Shown piece after piece: positions 46,237 to 56,752 of a stretch of 64,000 nt of DNA. A program made the position numbers and the translations under genes. This DNA is from Lutibacter sp. GTDB lineage: Bacteria; Bacteroidota; Bacteroidia; Flavobacteriales; Flavobacteriaceae. The notes below the pieces were generated by a model. The model was not told the origin of the DNA. It was given only the letters and a program-made list of their open reading frames with translations, and searched no databases. Every line of letters starts with the position of its first letter. Position 1 is the first letter of the stretch. The stretch covers positions 454 to 64,453 of the forward strand of contig NZ_JBFFOE010000005.1 in assembly GCF_041562875.1 (NCBI RefSeq), read 5' to 3'.

Positions 46237-47061
46237 ATGAAAAGTATAAATTGCAATGGAAAACTAATAGATTTATCATCGCCAAAAGTAATGGGGATTT
46301 TAAATATTACTCCTGATTCTTTTTTTGATGGAGGAAAATATAACAATCCAACTGCAATAGTAAATCATGTAGAAAAAATGCTAAGTGAAGGAGCTACTTT
46401 TATAGATGTTGGCGCTTATTCATCACGTCCAGGAGCAAAGCATATAAGTGAAGAAGAAGAATTAGAACGCATTTCACCTATTATAAAACTTTTGATTACT
46501 GAATTTCCAAATCTTTTAATTTCTGTTGACACTTTTAGAAGTGAAATTGCCAAACATTGCATACAAAATGGCGCTTGTATGGTGAACGATATTTCAGCAG
46601 GAAATTTAGATGCAAAAATGTTCTCTACAATTTCCAAACTGCAAGTACCTTATATAATAATGCATATGCAAGGAACACCACAAAATATGCAAGCCAAACC
46701 AATTTATGAAGACGTTGTAAAAGAAGTACTTTATTACTTTTCTAAAAAGATTAATGAATTACGAGATTTGGGGGTAAACGATATTATAACCGATGTAGGT
46801 TTTGGTTTCGGAAAAACCATAGCTCAAAATTATCAACTTTTAAAGAATCTCGATTTATTTAAAAACCTTGAAGTTCCAATACTTGCTGGTTTATCCAGAA
46901 AGTCGATGTTATTTAAACCTTTAGGAATCTCACAAAACGAAGCGATAAATGCAACCACATCAGCAAATACAATTGCATTGCTTAATGGGGCTAACATATT
47001 ACGTGTCCATGATGTGAAAGAGGCTGTTGAAGCAATAAAAATTGTTAATTTATTAAATTAA
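46237..47061 (+). CDS. folP: Dihydropteroate synthase
   Basis: MGILNITPDSFFDGG, IDVGAYSSRPGA, ISVDTF, MHMQGTP, GLSRKS, LRVHDV. Confidence 0.97.
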   Translation: MKSINCNGKLIDLSSPKVMGILNITPDSFFDGGKYNNPTAIVNHVEKMLSEGATFIDVGAYSSRPGAKHISEEEELERISPIIKLLITEFPNLLISVDTFRSEIAKHCIQNGACMVNDISAGNLDAKMFSTISKLQVPYIIMHMQGTPQNMQAKPIYEDVVKEVLYYFSKKINELRDLGVNDIITDVGFGFGKTIAQNYQLLKNLDLFKNLEVPILAGLSRKSMLFKPLGISQNEAINATTSANTIALLNGANILRVHDVKEAVEAIKIVNLLN

Positions 47062-47067
47062 GCATTC

Positions 47068-47781
47068 ATGAAAAAAATATTTATACTACTATTCTTTCCC
47101 TTAATTCTTTTAAGTTGTTCTAAAAAGGAAGTTAAAATTCCTTTGCTGGCAGAAAAAGGAATTCAGGAAATACACAATCATTCTGAAGTTTGGATATTTT
47201 TTGAAGTTAAAGATAATGACACTATTGCCAATGTAAATAGAAAAAATACGATAAGTACAACGCACTGGATTTTTAATATTGATAAAAAATTACCTTTAAA
47301 AACTTTCATTTCTTCAATTATCACTTTACAAGATAAGCACGCAAACGGAATTCACTCAAAAGAAGGAATGCATAATTATTTTAGCTATTCTGATACCATC
47401 TCAAAAAAATTGTCATTTCTAGAATTTGACGGAATTGTTTATAAAACAGATAGTATTTTATCAAAATATTATATAAAGGAAAATAGCACCCATTATTTTA
47501 AAAACAACCATATTAATTTAACATTTAATTCAAATAACGTTTGGCTTAACGACACTAAACTTGAAAAATCAGAATTTAAAACTACACTTTTAGAATTTAT
47601 AGATTTTTCTTCCGAAGGAAAAAAAACAATGCTTCATTTAAATTTCAATGATAAATTAACCTATCAAGATTATTTATTTTATAAAACAATGATTCATAAT
47701 TTTGACGACAAAAATATCTTAACCAATAAAATAGAATTTATTTTCGACCAAAATAAAGTTCCTGATTGCGGTTGCGAATAA
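47068..47781 (+). CDS. Hypothetical lipoprotein
   Basis: Lipobox LLSC. In the folP-cdaA operon; no recognisable catalytic motif. Confidence 0.7.
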   Translation: MKKIFILLFFPLILLSCSKKEVKIPLLAEKGIQEIHNHSEVWIFFEVKDNDTIANVNRKNTISTTHWIFNIDKKLPLKTFISSIITLQDKHANGIHSKEGMHNYFSYSDTISKKLSFLEFDGIVYKTDSILSKYYIKENSTHYFKNNHINLTFNSNNVWLNDTKLEKSEFKTTLLEFIDFSSEGKKTMLHLNFNDKLTYQDYLFYKTMIHNFDDKNILTNKIEFIFDQNKVPDCGCE

Positions 47782-47827
47782 CCAACGTTTTTACAATCTT
47801 TTTCTTATTTTTACAAAAACAAATTGA

Positions 47828-48601
47828 ATGCTCGACTTTTTAGACTTCTCCTTTCTTGATATATTAGATATTGTATTGGTAGCGGTATTACTTTACTATG
47901 TTTATAAATTATTAAAAGGAACGGTTGCAATTAATATTTTTATTGGAATTGCTTTAGTTGTACTTATTTGGAAAATAACCCAAGCATTACAAATGGAAAT
48001 GTTAAGTGGTTTATTAGGTACTTTAATTAGCTTAGGAGCCATTGCAATTCTCATTGTTTTTCAGCCAGAAGTAAGGAAATTTTTATTAATGTTAGGTTCT
48101 ACAAATTTTACTAATAAACGCAGCTTCTTAAAGCAACTTAGCTTTTTAAAAACCGAAATTTATACCAATATGGATGTGGAATCTATAGTTTTTGCTTGTG
48201 AAGAAATGGCAGTCACAAAAACAGGTGTTCTTATCGTTTTAGAACGAAATAATAACCTCGATTTTATATTGTCTACTGGTGACAAAATGAACATAGAAAT
48301 TAACAAACCTATTTTAACTAGTATTTTTTATAAAAATAGCCCTCTACATGATGGCGCTATAATTGTTAAAGACAATTTTATTATTGCCACTAGAGTTATA
48401 TTACCATTATCTAATAAAAGTCTACCATCTCGTTTCGGATTACGTCATAGAGCAGCAATTGGAATTACTGAAAAAACAGATGCTCTTTGTTTAATTGTAT
48501 CAGAAGAAACCGGGAAAATATCCTATATAAAAGATGGTGAATTTGTTTTGTTTAAAAACAATAACGAATTAATTGAAATGATTCGCTACGATTTAAATTA
48601 G
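47828..48601 (+). CDS. cdaA: Diadenylate cyclase (CdaA/DisA_N type)
   Basis: Three N-terminal TM segments, IVFQPEVR, SPLHDGA, GLRHRAA, VSEETG. Confidence 0.93.
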   Translation: MLDFLDFSFLDILDIVLVAVLLYYVYKLLKGTVAINIFIGIALVVLIWKITQALQMEMLSGLLGTLISLGAIAILIVFQPEVRKFLLMLGSTNFTNKRSFLKQLSFLKTEIYTNMDVESIVFACEEMAVTKTGVLIVLERNNNLDFILSTGDKMNIEINKPILTSIFYKNSPLHDGAIIVKDNFIIATRVILPLSNKSLPSRFGLRHRAAIGITEKTDALCLIVSEETGKISYIKDGEFVLFKNNNELIEMIRYDLN

Positions 48602-48699
48602 TTGTTTAAAACTGGTTGAAAATCGAAAAAATGCAAAATCTACAATTGCGAAGCTTAAATTTTAAATTAAACATAGTTCAAAAAACGCATTTTCTAAAA

Positions 48700-50463
48700 C
48701 TAAACTACTTCATTAACAAATTGCATATTGTACAACGTTTTGTAGTAACCATTTTTAGCTATTAATTCAAGATGTGACCCTTGCTCAACAATTTCACCTT
48801 TATCCATAACAATAATTCTATCAGCTTTTTTAACGGTAGTTAATCTGTGTGCTATAATTATAGAAGTTTGATGTCGCGTTATTTTATCTGTAGCTTTTTG
48901 AATTAATTTTTCTGAGTAGGAATCTATAGATGAAGTTGCTTCATCTAAAATTAAGACACTTGGTTTACTCACATAGGCGCGTAAAAAAGCAATTAATTGT
49001 CGTTGACCTGAAGATAACATTGCTCCACGTTCTTTAACATTATAATGATAATTATCTGGCAAGCTCATAATAAATTTATGAATTCCAATTTCTTTAGCTG
49101 CTTTTTTTACTTCTTCCAAAGTAATAGAATCGTTGCTTAAAATAATATTATTAAAAATTGAATCTGAAAATAAAAATACATCTTGTAAAACTACTGCTAT
49201 TTGCTTTCTTAAAGAGAGTAAAGTGTACTGATCAATGTTATGATTATCTATACATATTTCCCCTTTATCAATTTCATAAAACCTATTTACCAAATTAATA
49301 ATAGTAGATTTCCCAGCTCCAGTTGCTCCAACAATTGCAACAGTTTCACCTGCATTTACATTAAATGAAATTCCTTTTAAAACTTCTTCTCCTTCAATAT
49401 AACTAAAACGCACATTTTTAAAAGCAATATCTCCCTTAAAAGAAGTGGCTATTATATCACCCTTTTCTGTAATTTGACTATCCGTGTCTAATACTTCAAA
49501 TACCCGATCACCCGCAACCATTCCCATTTGTAAGGTGTTAAATTTATCTGCTATTTGCCATAATGGTCTAAATAACATTTGAGCCATCATAATAAAAGCA
49601 ATAATTTCACCAACATTTGTTTCTCCTGAATTTACAATATCTAAACCTCCATACCATACTAATAAACCAACAGTAATAGACGATAAAATTTCAGCAATTG
49701 GAAAAAATATTGAATAATACCACACCGCTTTTACATGTGCTTTTTTATGATCTTCATTTATTTTTACAAAATTATTATATTCAATTTTTTCACGATTAAA
49801 AAGCTGAACAATATTCATTCCTGTAACACGCTCTTGTACAAACCCGTTCAAGTTGGCAACTTGTAATCTAACCTCTTGAAAAGCAGATTTTATAGCTATT
49901 TGAAATAATTTAGTAGCGTAAATTAATATTGGAAGCACAACAAATGCAATTAAGGATAATTTCCAATTCATCCAAACCATTACAACTGCAACTACCACCA
50001 TTTTTAATATATCGCTAATAATCATGAACAATCCTTGTCCAAAAAAATCAGCTATTGTTTCTGTATCTGAAACCAATCTAGTAACTAATTTTCCTACAGA
50101 AGACTTATCAAAGTAGGCCATTTTAAATTGCAACATATGCTGTTGTAATTTCACTCTAATATCTTTAATAATATGCTGACCAAGCCAATTCACTTTATAA
50201 ATAAAAATGATCTGCATTGCAACTTCGGCTAATAAAAATACACACATCAGTAACGCGTAATTTAAAAGTCCAACTTGGTCCTTATTTTTATAGTAGGTAT
50301 TTACAATTTCTTGCAACAAAATAGGTTTAGCTACTGAAACCAGAGACAATAAAATGGCAGACATTGTTCCTACAAAAAATTGCACCTTATATTTTGAAGC
50401 GAAACTCATTAAACGCTTAAATATTTTTGCGTCAAAGGCTTTTCCTGAATCTTTTTTACTCAT
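48700..50463 (-). CDS. ABC exporter ATP-binding/permease protein
   Basis: TM domain, GATGAGKS, VLQD Q-loop, LSSGQRQ, ILDEATS, IAHRL. All catalytic motifs are intact. Confidence 0.95.
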   Translation of the reverse strand: MSKKDSGKAFDAKIFKRLMSFASKYKVQFFVGTMSAILLSLVSVAKPILLQEIVNTYYKNKDQVGLLNYALLMCVFLLAEVAMQIIFIYKVNWLGQHIIKDIRVKLQQHMLQFKMAYFDKSSVGKLVTRLVSDTETIADFFGQGLFMIISDILKMVVVAVVMVWMNWKLSLIAFVVLPILIYATKLFQIAIKSAFQEVRLQVANLNGFVQERVTGMNIVQLFNREKIEYNNFVKINEDHKKAHVKAVWYYSIFFPIAEILSSITVGLLVWYGGLDIVNSGETNVGEIIAFIMMAQMLFRPLWQIADKFNTLQMGMVAGDRVFEVLDTDSQITEKGDIIATSFKGDIAFKNVRFSYIEGEEVLKGISFNVNAGETVAIVGATGAGKSTIINLVNRFYEIDKGEICIDNHNIDQYTLLSLRKQIAVVLQDVFLFSDSIFNNIILSNDSITLEEVKKAAKEIGIHKFIMSLPDNYHYNVKERGAMLSSGQRQLIAFLRAYVSKPSVLILDEATSSIDSYSEKLIQKATDKITRHQTSIIIAHRLTTVKKADRIIVMDKGEIVEQGSHLELIAKNGYYKTLYNMQFVNEVV

Positions 50464-51208
50464 GTATAAATATTGTTTTTGGGTAGGTAACTTGGGTTAA
50501 AAATAACCCTTGAGCTGGTGCAGAAGTTCCTGCATTACACCTATCTTCACTTTCTATTATTTGTTTAAAACCTTCTAAGGTTAATTTATCTTTACCAACG
50601 TCAATTAATGTACCAACAATTGCTCTTACCATATTTCTTAAAAACCGATCTGCTGTAATGTGAAATATTAGTATTTCATTAGTTTTAATCCATTCTGCTC
50701 TTTTAACATCGCAATTATAAGTTTTAACATTAGAATTGGTACGAGAAAAACACTTAAAGTTAGTATAATTTTTCAATATTTCAGAAGCCTCATTCATTTT
50801 AACAATATTTAATTTTGCATTGTTAAGCTGCCAAGTAGTATCTATTAAAAAAGGGTTTCTCCCCATAAAAATACGATATTCATAACTTCTGCTCTTTGCA
50901 TCAAAACGTGCATGTGCAGTTTCTGTTGTTTTCATTATATTTTCAACAACAATATCATTTGGCAATAATGAATTTAATTTATAAATAGCATCTTCAATTT
51001 TAATTTCATTTTCTAAATCTACATGTGCAAATAACTGTTCTGCATGCACACCTGTATCCGTTCTTCCTGCGCCAACTACATTAATTGCTGTTCTAAAAAT
51101 AGTTGTAAGTGCTTTATTTAATAATTCTTGTATACTAATAGCGTTTGGTTGCACCTGCCAACCATGATAGTTTGTTCCTTTATATGATAATTCAATAAAA
51201 TATCTCAA
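50456..51208 (-). CDS. truA: tRNA pseudouridine(38-40) synthase
   Basis: TTG start (MRYFIELSY), GAGRTDTGVHA, HARFDA, FLRNMVRAIVG. Confidence 0.96.
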   Translation of the reverse strand: MRYFIELSYKGTNYHGWQVQPNAISIQELLNKALTTIFRTAINVVGAGRTDTGVHAEQLFAHVDLENEIKIEDAIYKLNSLLPNDIVVENIMKTTETAHARFDAKSRSYEYRIFMGRNPFLIDTTWQLNNAKLNIVKMNEASEILKNYTNFKCFSRTNSNVKTYNCDVKRAEWIKTNEILIFHITADRFLRNMVRAIVGTLIDVGKDKLTLEGFKQIIESEDRCNAGTSAPAQGLFLTQVTYPKTIFIHE

Positions 51209-51275
51209 TTGAAATGCTATTTTTGTGCAATTGCAAATATACACACATTTTACGATTTAAGAATTTTACCAACTA

Positions 51276-51773
51276 ATGAAAAAAATTTTATTGCTTTCTG
51301 ACACGCATAGTTATATTGACAACCAAATATTGAAGTTTGTAAAACAAGCTGATGAAGTTTGGCACGTAGGTGATATAGGCTCATTTGAAGTGATTGATAC
51401 ACTAAAAAAATTGAAGCCTTTAAGAGCTGTTTATGGTAATATTGACGATGCTTTAATTAGAACTGAGTATCCTTTAGATTATAAGTTCACTATTGAAAAA
51501 ACAACCGTTTGGATGACTCATATTGGAGGTTACCCTAATAGATACGACCCAAGAATTAAAGAAGAAATATCAAAAAATCCACCTCAATTATTTATTAGTG
51601 GCCATTCACATATTTTAAAAGTAATTTTTGATAAAAAACTAAATTTATTACATATGAACCCAGGAGCAGCCGGCAAACATGGATTTCATACTGTAAGAAC
51701 AATGCTTCGTTTTGAAATTAATGAAGATAAAATTACAAACTTAGAAGTTATTGAACTAGAACAGCGAAAATAA
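51276..51773 (+). CDS. Metallophosphoesterase (YfcE/MJ0936 family)
   Basis: LSDTH, HVGDIG, VYGNID, GHSH, NPGAAG. Confidence 0.92.
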   Translation: MKKILLLSDTHSYIDNQILKFVKQADEVWHVGDIGSFEVIDTLKKLKPLRAVYGNIDDALIRTEYPLDYKFTIEKTTVWMTHIGGYPNRYDPRIKEEISKNPPQLFISGHSHILKVIFDKKLNLLHMNPGAAGKHGFHTVRTMLRFEINEDKITNLEVIELEQRK

Positions 51774-51806
51774 AAAACCATTTCAATAAAAATTGAAATG
51801 GTTTTT
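51772..51806. terminator. Bidirectional terminator
   Basis: AAAAAACCATTTCAAT-aaaa-ATTGAAATGGTTTTT. Confidence 0.85.
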
Positions 51807-51833
51807 CTGCACTTAATATACTAAGATAAAAGG

Positions 51834-52268
51834 TTATCGCAATCTATCCACAGATTTTACAAGCTCCTCATCCTTTTTTATAGCCCTATTTGCAATCACA
51901 ACAAATACAACGGTTAAAATTGGAATAAGTAACCCAATACCCTTCTCAGAAACGTTAATTTCTCCAGATAAGTTTTGTGAAAAATATATGACGATACCTA
52001 ATATAATAAAATTGGTCAAAATTGATAATCGGCCTAACACAAATTGTAATTGCCTTTTTTTAAATTGAAAAATAGCAATTAATGTTAAAACCGAAGATAC
52101 AAAAAATAATACAGCCATTACTTTTAATAATATGTTTCCTGAATTAAAGGAATCCATCACAAAAAATTCTATTCCTTGCTCATTCACCCATAGATTTAAT
52201 ATGAAAATTAAACCTCCTGAAAGCAATGTTGCAATTAACAAATAAACAGATTGTATTCTTTGAATCAT
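51834..52268 (-). CDS. DUF4293 family membrane protein
   Basis: MIQRIQSVYL, AIFQFKKRQLQ, AIKKDEELVKSVDRLR. Confidence 0.9.
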   Translation of the reverse strand: MIQRIQSVYLLIATLLSGGLIFILNLWVNEQGIEFFVMDSFNSGNILLKVMAVLFFVSSVLTLIAIFQFKKRQLQFVLGRLSILTNFIILGIVIYFSQNLSGEINVSEKGIGLLIPILTVVFVVIANRAIKKDEELVKSVDRLR

Positions 52269-52486
52269 AGTTTATACTAACTTAAGGCAAAAATACGTTT
52301 TCTTTTTAAAGAATAAAAGATTAGTTATATAAAATAATTTTATATATTTGCAATAACCTTATGCTTAATCATATAAGGAAACTACAACTGAGACAACTAA
52401 TCACCACAACGTTTAATTTACAATAGAATTCTTTACAGAATAAAAAAATAGTCTTTATACATAAACAATAATTACAAAATAACATA

Positions 52487-54253
52487 ATGTTTGAAATTTC
52501 CCAATTAAAGGAGAAAACACTTGTAGACTTACAAGAGATAGCAAAAACTATTGGAGCAAAAAAATTCAGTCAATTAAATAAACTAGATTTAGTTTATTTA
52601 ATATTAGACATTCAAGCTACAACTCCTTCAACAATTACAAAAATTTCATCTAATGATGAAAAAACTAAACGCAGAAGAATTGTAAAAAAAGTAAATCCTG
52701 CTAAAGACACAAAAATAATTCCAACTGAAAACATTCAGAAAGAATTTGCTTTAGAAACGAAAGTTGATGTTGATATTCAACCTGAACAAAAGAGAGCTTT
52801 AAAACCTAATAAAAGAGCTGAAATTAAAAAGCCAATTGCAATTAACGAAACAGTTGTAAAGGAAGAAGTTGAAAGCACTAATAGTGCTAACACAACAAAT
52901 GATGCTATAGCTGAACCTGAAAAAGTTCAAACAAATAAGCCAAAACCAGTTCATCCACCTAAACAGGTGAACAAGCCTAATCCTCCAAAACAGCAAAATC
53001 AAGTTAATCAACCAAAACCAGTTCATCCACCTAAACAGGTGAATAAACCTAATCCACCTAAACCAAGACCTCAACCAAGAGACAACAAAGGTCAACATAT
53101 TAATAACGCTAACCGTTATAGAGATCCCGATTACGAATTTGATGGTATTATTGAAAGTGAAGGTGTATTAGAAATGATGCCTGATGGATATGGATTTTTA
53201 CGCTCATCAGATTATAACTATTTATCATCTCCTGATGATATTTATTTATCACAATCTCAAGTAAAATTATTTGGTTTAAAAACTGGAGATACTGTAAAAG
53301 GTGTTGTAAGACCTCCAAAAGAAGGCGAAAAATATTTTCCATTAATACGTGTATCAAAAATAAATGGATTAAATCCTAATATTGTAAGAGACCGTGTTTC
53401 ATTTGAACATTTAACTCCATTATTCCCAGAAGAAAAATTTAATTTAGCAGGAAAAGGGAGTACACTTTCTACAAGAATTATGGATTTGTTTTCACCAATT
53501 GGAAAAGGGCAAAGAGGAATGATTGTTTCTCAGCCAAAAACTGGTAAAACAATGTTACTAAAGGATATTGCAAATTCAATTGCATCTAACCATCCTGAAG
53601 TTTATCAAATTATTTTATTAATTGATGAAAGACCTGAAGAGGTAACAGATATGCAACGTAGTGTAAAAGGTGAGGTTGTTGCTTCAACTTTTGACGAACC
53701 TGCAGAAAAACACGTAAGAGTTGCTAATATTGTTTTAGAAAAAGCAAAAAGATTGGTTGAATGTGGCCATGATGTTGTTATTTTATTAGATTCAATTACT
53801 CGTTTAGCCAGAGCTTATAATACTGTTGCGCCAGCCTCAGGTAAAATTTTATCGGGTGGTATTGATGCAAATGCATTACACAAACCTAAACGTTTCTTTG
53901 GAGCTGCACGTAATATTGAAAATGGTGGTTCATTAACAATTATTGCAACTGCTTTAACTGAAACTGGTTCAAAAATGGATGAAGTAATTTTTGAAGAATT
54001 TAAGGGAACAGGTAATATGGAACTTCAATTAGAAAGAAATATTTCTAACCGTAGAATATATCCAGCCATTGATCTTGTTAAATCTAGCACGCGTAGAGAT
54101 GACTTACTATTAGACCCTAAAACTGTTAAACGTATGTGGGTACTTAGAAAATATTTAGCAGATATGAATCCTGTTGAAGCAATGGAATTTATTAAAGATA
54201 AAATCCAATACACAACATCAAATGATGAGTTTTTAATTTCTATGAACGGATAG
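52487..54253 (+). CDS. rho: Transcription termination factor Rho with a long N-terminal insertion
   Basis: [68 protein letters not shown]. Confidence 0.98.
   Translation: MFEISQLKEKTLVDLQEIAKTIGAKKFSQLNKLDLVYLILDIQATTPSTITKISSNDEKTKRRRIVKKVNPAKDTKIIPTENIQKEFALETKVDVDIQPEQKRALKPNKRAEIKKPIAINETVVKEEVESTNSANTTNDAIAEPEKVQTNKPKPVHPPKQVNKPNPPKQQNQVNQPKPVHPPKQVNKPNPPKPRPQPRDNKGQHINNANRYRDPDYEFDGIIESEGVLEMMPDGYGFLRSSDYNYLSSPDDIYLSQSQVKLFGLKTGDTVKGVVRPPKEGEKYFPLIRVSKINGLNPNIVRDRVSFEHLTPLFPEEKFNLAGKGSTLSTRIMDLFSPIGKGQRGMIVSQPKTGKTMLLKDIANSIASNHPEVYQIILLIDERPEEVTDMQRSVKGEVVASTFDEPAEKHVRVANIVLEKAKRLVECGHDVVILLDSITRLARAYNTVAPASGKILSGGIDANALHKPKRFFGAARNIENGGSLTIIATALTETGSKMDEVIFEEFKGTGNMELQLERNISNRRIYPAIDLVKSSTRRDDLLLDPKTVKRMWVLRKYLADMNPVEAMEFIKDKIQYTTSNDEFLISMNG
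52940..53062 (+). repeat. 72-nt-period direct repeat in the rho insertion ([17 protein letters not shown] x2)
   Basis: CCAAAACCAGTTCATCCACCTAAACAGGTGAA at 52940 and 53012. Confidence 0.9.
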
Positions 54254-54281
54254 ATTAGTTCTTAGTTTAAATTATAATAAT

Positions 54282-54309
54282 AAAAAGCGAGCTATTTAGC
54301 TCGCTTTTT
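54282..54309 (+). terminator. Intrinsic terminator after rho
   Basis: AAAAAGCGAGCT-attt-AGCTCGCTTTTT. Confidence 0.88.
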
Positions 54310-54431
54310 ATTTGCTTATTTGTCTCTTCTAAAATAAGTTAACAAATGAGTGAAGCCCTACATATTGCAGTTCTTAAAATACTATCTAAAATTAATTTAT
54401 AATTTTATGAGAGAAATATTAAAATTGAAGA

Positions 54432-54470
54432 AAAAAAAACCTGCTCAATTAAATTGAGCAGGTTTTTTTT
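54432..54470 (-). terminator. Intrinsic terminator after the PPIase gene
   Basis: A-tract-CCTGCTCAAT-taa-ATTGAGCAGG-T-tract. Confidence 0.88.
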
Positions 54471-54490
54471 CAATTACAATATGTTATTTA

Positions 54491-56641
54491 TTAATAGAAT
54501 TTACTTCTGTTATCTATTACATCTGAAGCATCTTGCAATACCTGATATAATTGATAGCTTCTACCTTTTAATTTGGTTGCTATTTTATTACGGAAAGTTT
54601 CGTAGTTTTCTAATTCTACTGAAGCTTCTCGCTTAGTTACCATCACAACAAATACACCTTTTTCTCCTTCTATTTTATCAGAAATTTTATCTAATTCTAA
54701 AGTAGAGATTGCTCCAACAATTACTGGTTCATTTCCAACTCCTGAAAGTAATGGACTTGCTAAAGTAACAGAAGATGTTGTACGAACAGTACTATTAGTA
54801 TTGTTTGCAATTTCTTCTAAAGTACCTCCATTCATTTTAGCCTTAATCAGTGCTGCTTTTTTCTTATTTATTAATTCAGGGCGAACACTTAATAAAATAT
54901 CTGAACTTAAAACAATCCCATCTTTTTCAGTTTTACCATTTAGTAAAACTACAGCATAACCTCTTTTTCCATTTACATCTATGTCAAAACGTTTAGAATC
55001 GTTTAATTCTCTTTCTTGATTAAAAGCCCATTGTACTATTTGACGTTGATTGCTTAAACCTGGTATGCTTTCTGCTAATGCTTTTAAATTAACTGCTGAT
55101 TGAATAGTATAATTTGATTCTTTAGCTAAATCTTCTAGATTTTTTTGTCCTGCTAAATTTGATGCCAATGTTTCAGCTTGTTCAAAAATTATATTTTCAG
55201 TTTCTTCTGAAGCTTCAATTAAACGTGCAAAAGTTACTAATTTAACTGCTTTTTCAGGTGCTGTTTGTTCATCTATTCTAATAATATGAAAACCAAATGC
55301 TGTTTCAACAATATTTACACTTCCTGCATTATTTTTATAGATGAAATCCGCAAAATCCTTATCAAAACCAGGTGAGAAAGCTTGATCCTTTCTTATCCAT
55401 CCAATATCTCCACCTTTTCCTTTTGTTCCATCAGAATTCACTGCGTCTGCAATTTCAGTAAATTTGGTTTTATCATTTTTTACTAAAGCGTAAATACTAT
55501 CAATTATTTTTTTAGCTTCTTCTTTAGTTTTGGTAGATGTAGATCTTGTTGTACCTATGTAAGGAACAATAATATGACTAGATTTTACAGAATCTGGCAA
55601 TTGTAATGTTTCTACAATTTTAGAAATTTTGTAATAACCGTTATCTTTATAAGCACCTACTACATCACCTACTGAAGCTTCAAAAATAGCATCTGAAACG
55701 GTCGCAGGTAATTGATTTTTAAATTTATAGCCATTATCAATAGCTAAATCAGATTTATGTTCAGTAAAAAATTCATCATAATCAGTTGCATTTTTTAACC
55801 CAATAATTTTAAGTGAAAACTTTGATTCTTCAACATCATTAATAAGATTCTCTATTTCCTTTTTTGCTTCAGCATCATCAGTTGCTGATGGTAAAATATC
55901 AAATTTTACATATTGCAAAGAACGAGTTGCTTCAGGTTTAAATCTTTTTGGATTTTCTTCAACAAATTTCTGAATTTCTTCTTTTGAAACAAGGGCAATA
56001 CTGTCAGGAATTGAGCTATAAGGCACAAAAACATATTTTGCATCCATTTTAGTATTATCAAACATATAATCTCTTTTTCCCTCTTCTAAAGAAGCACCTA
56101 AGCCAATTGAAACTAATGATGAATATGCTTGACGCTCTATGTTTTGCTTAATACTTTTTTCAGTAGCCAACCAATTAGTCCAAGCTTGTTTATTGCCTGT
56201 TTCAGCATCATCTTTCATATTGGCGATATATTCTTTCAGCTTTTCTTCATCAAAAAGATTAATTTCATTTTTGAATAATGGTGAGTTTTGAATTTCTGGC
56301 AATGCAACCATTGCATCCCAAATATCTTTTTCTCCAACTACAATACCCGCTTTTTCTAATTGATTTTGAAAAACTTTTTCACTAACCATACTGTTCCATA
56401 CAGCATTTACAGCTTGCATTTGAGTTGCTCTTCCTCCACTTTGTGTTTTATAAGCTTCTACTTGTTTTGCAAATTCATCTCGGTCAATATCCTCTCCGTT
56501 AATTTGCCCTACTGAATTTACTTTACTTGAACTAAAAAATTGTTGAATTGAGCTTGGATCAAGAACAAATGCAAATAGTGCTAAACCTACAATTAGGATT
56601 AGGAACATTGAACGATCTCTAATTTTTGATAATATTGCCAT
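54491..56641 (-). CDS. Peptidyl-prolyl isomerase / periplasmic chaperone (PpiD/SurA_N-parvulin)
   Basis: MAILSKIRDR plus an N-terminal TM anchor; parvulin motifs SSHIIV, GGDIGW, VETAFGFHII. Confidence 0.9.
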   Translation of the reverse strand: MAILSKIRDRSMFLILIVGLALFAFVLDPSSIQQFFSSSKVNSVGQINGEDIDRDEFAKQVEAYKTQSGGRATQMQAVNAVWNSMVSEKVFQNQLEKAGIVVGEKDIWDAMVALPEIQNSPLFKNEINLFDEEKLKEYIANMKDDAETGNKQAWTNWLATEKSIKQNIERQAYSSLVSIGLGASLEEGKRDYMFDNTKMDAKYVFVPYSSIPDSIALVSKEEIQKFVEENPKRFKPEATRSLQYVKFDILPSATDDAEAKKEIENLINDVEESKFSLKIIGLKNATDYDEFFTEHKSDLAIDNGYKFKNQLPATVSDAIFEASVGDVVGAYKDNGYYKISKIVETLQLPDSVKSSHIIVPYIGTTRSTSTKTKEEAKKIIDSIYALVKNDKTKFTEIADAVNSDGTKGKGGDIGWIRKDQAFSPGFDKDFADFIYKNNAGSVNIVETAFGFHIIRIDEQTAPEKAVKLVTFARLIEASEETENIIFEQAETLASNLAGQKNLEDLAKESNYTIQSAVNLKALAESIPGLSNQRQIVQWAFNQERELNDSKRFDIDVNGKRGYAVVLLNGKTEKDGIVLSSDILLSVRPELINKKKAALIKAKMNGGTLEEIANNTNSTVRTTSSVTLASPLLSGVGNEPVIVGAISTLELDKISDKIEGEKGVFVVMVTKREASVELENYETFRNKIATKLKGRSYQLYQVLQDASDVIDNRSKFY

Positions 56642-56752
56642 TTTTATTTTTCTTTTATTACAGTGTGCGAAAATACAATTTAGTATTTAATTATGAAAGT
56701 TAAAACATCACAATTAATAGGAAAAGAAAGCAATTTTTAGTAAGAACAGAAA

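Noticed and set aside
54310-54430. Possible sRNA or gene remnant between the rho and PPIase terminators
   Set aside because: I see no promoter box, stable structure or meaningful ORF.
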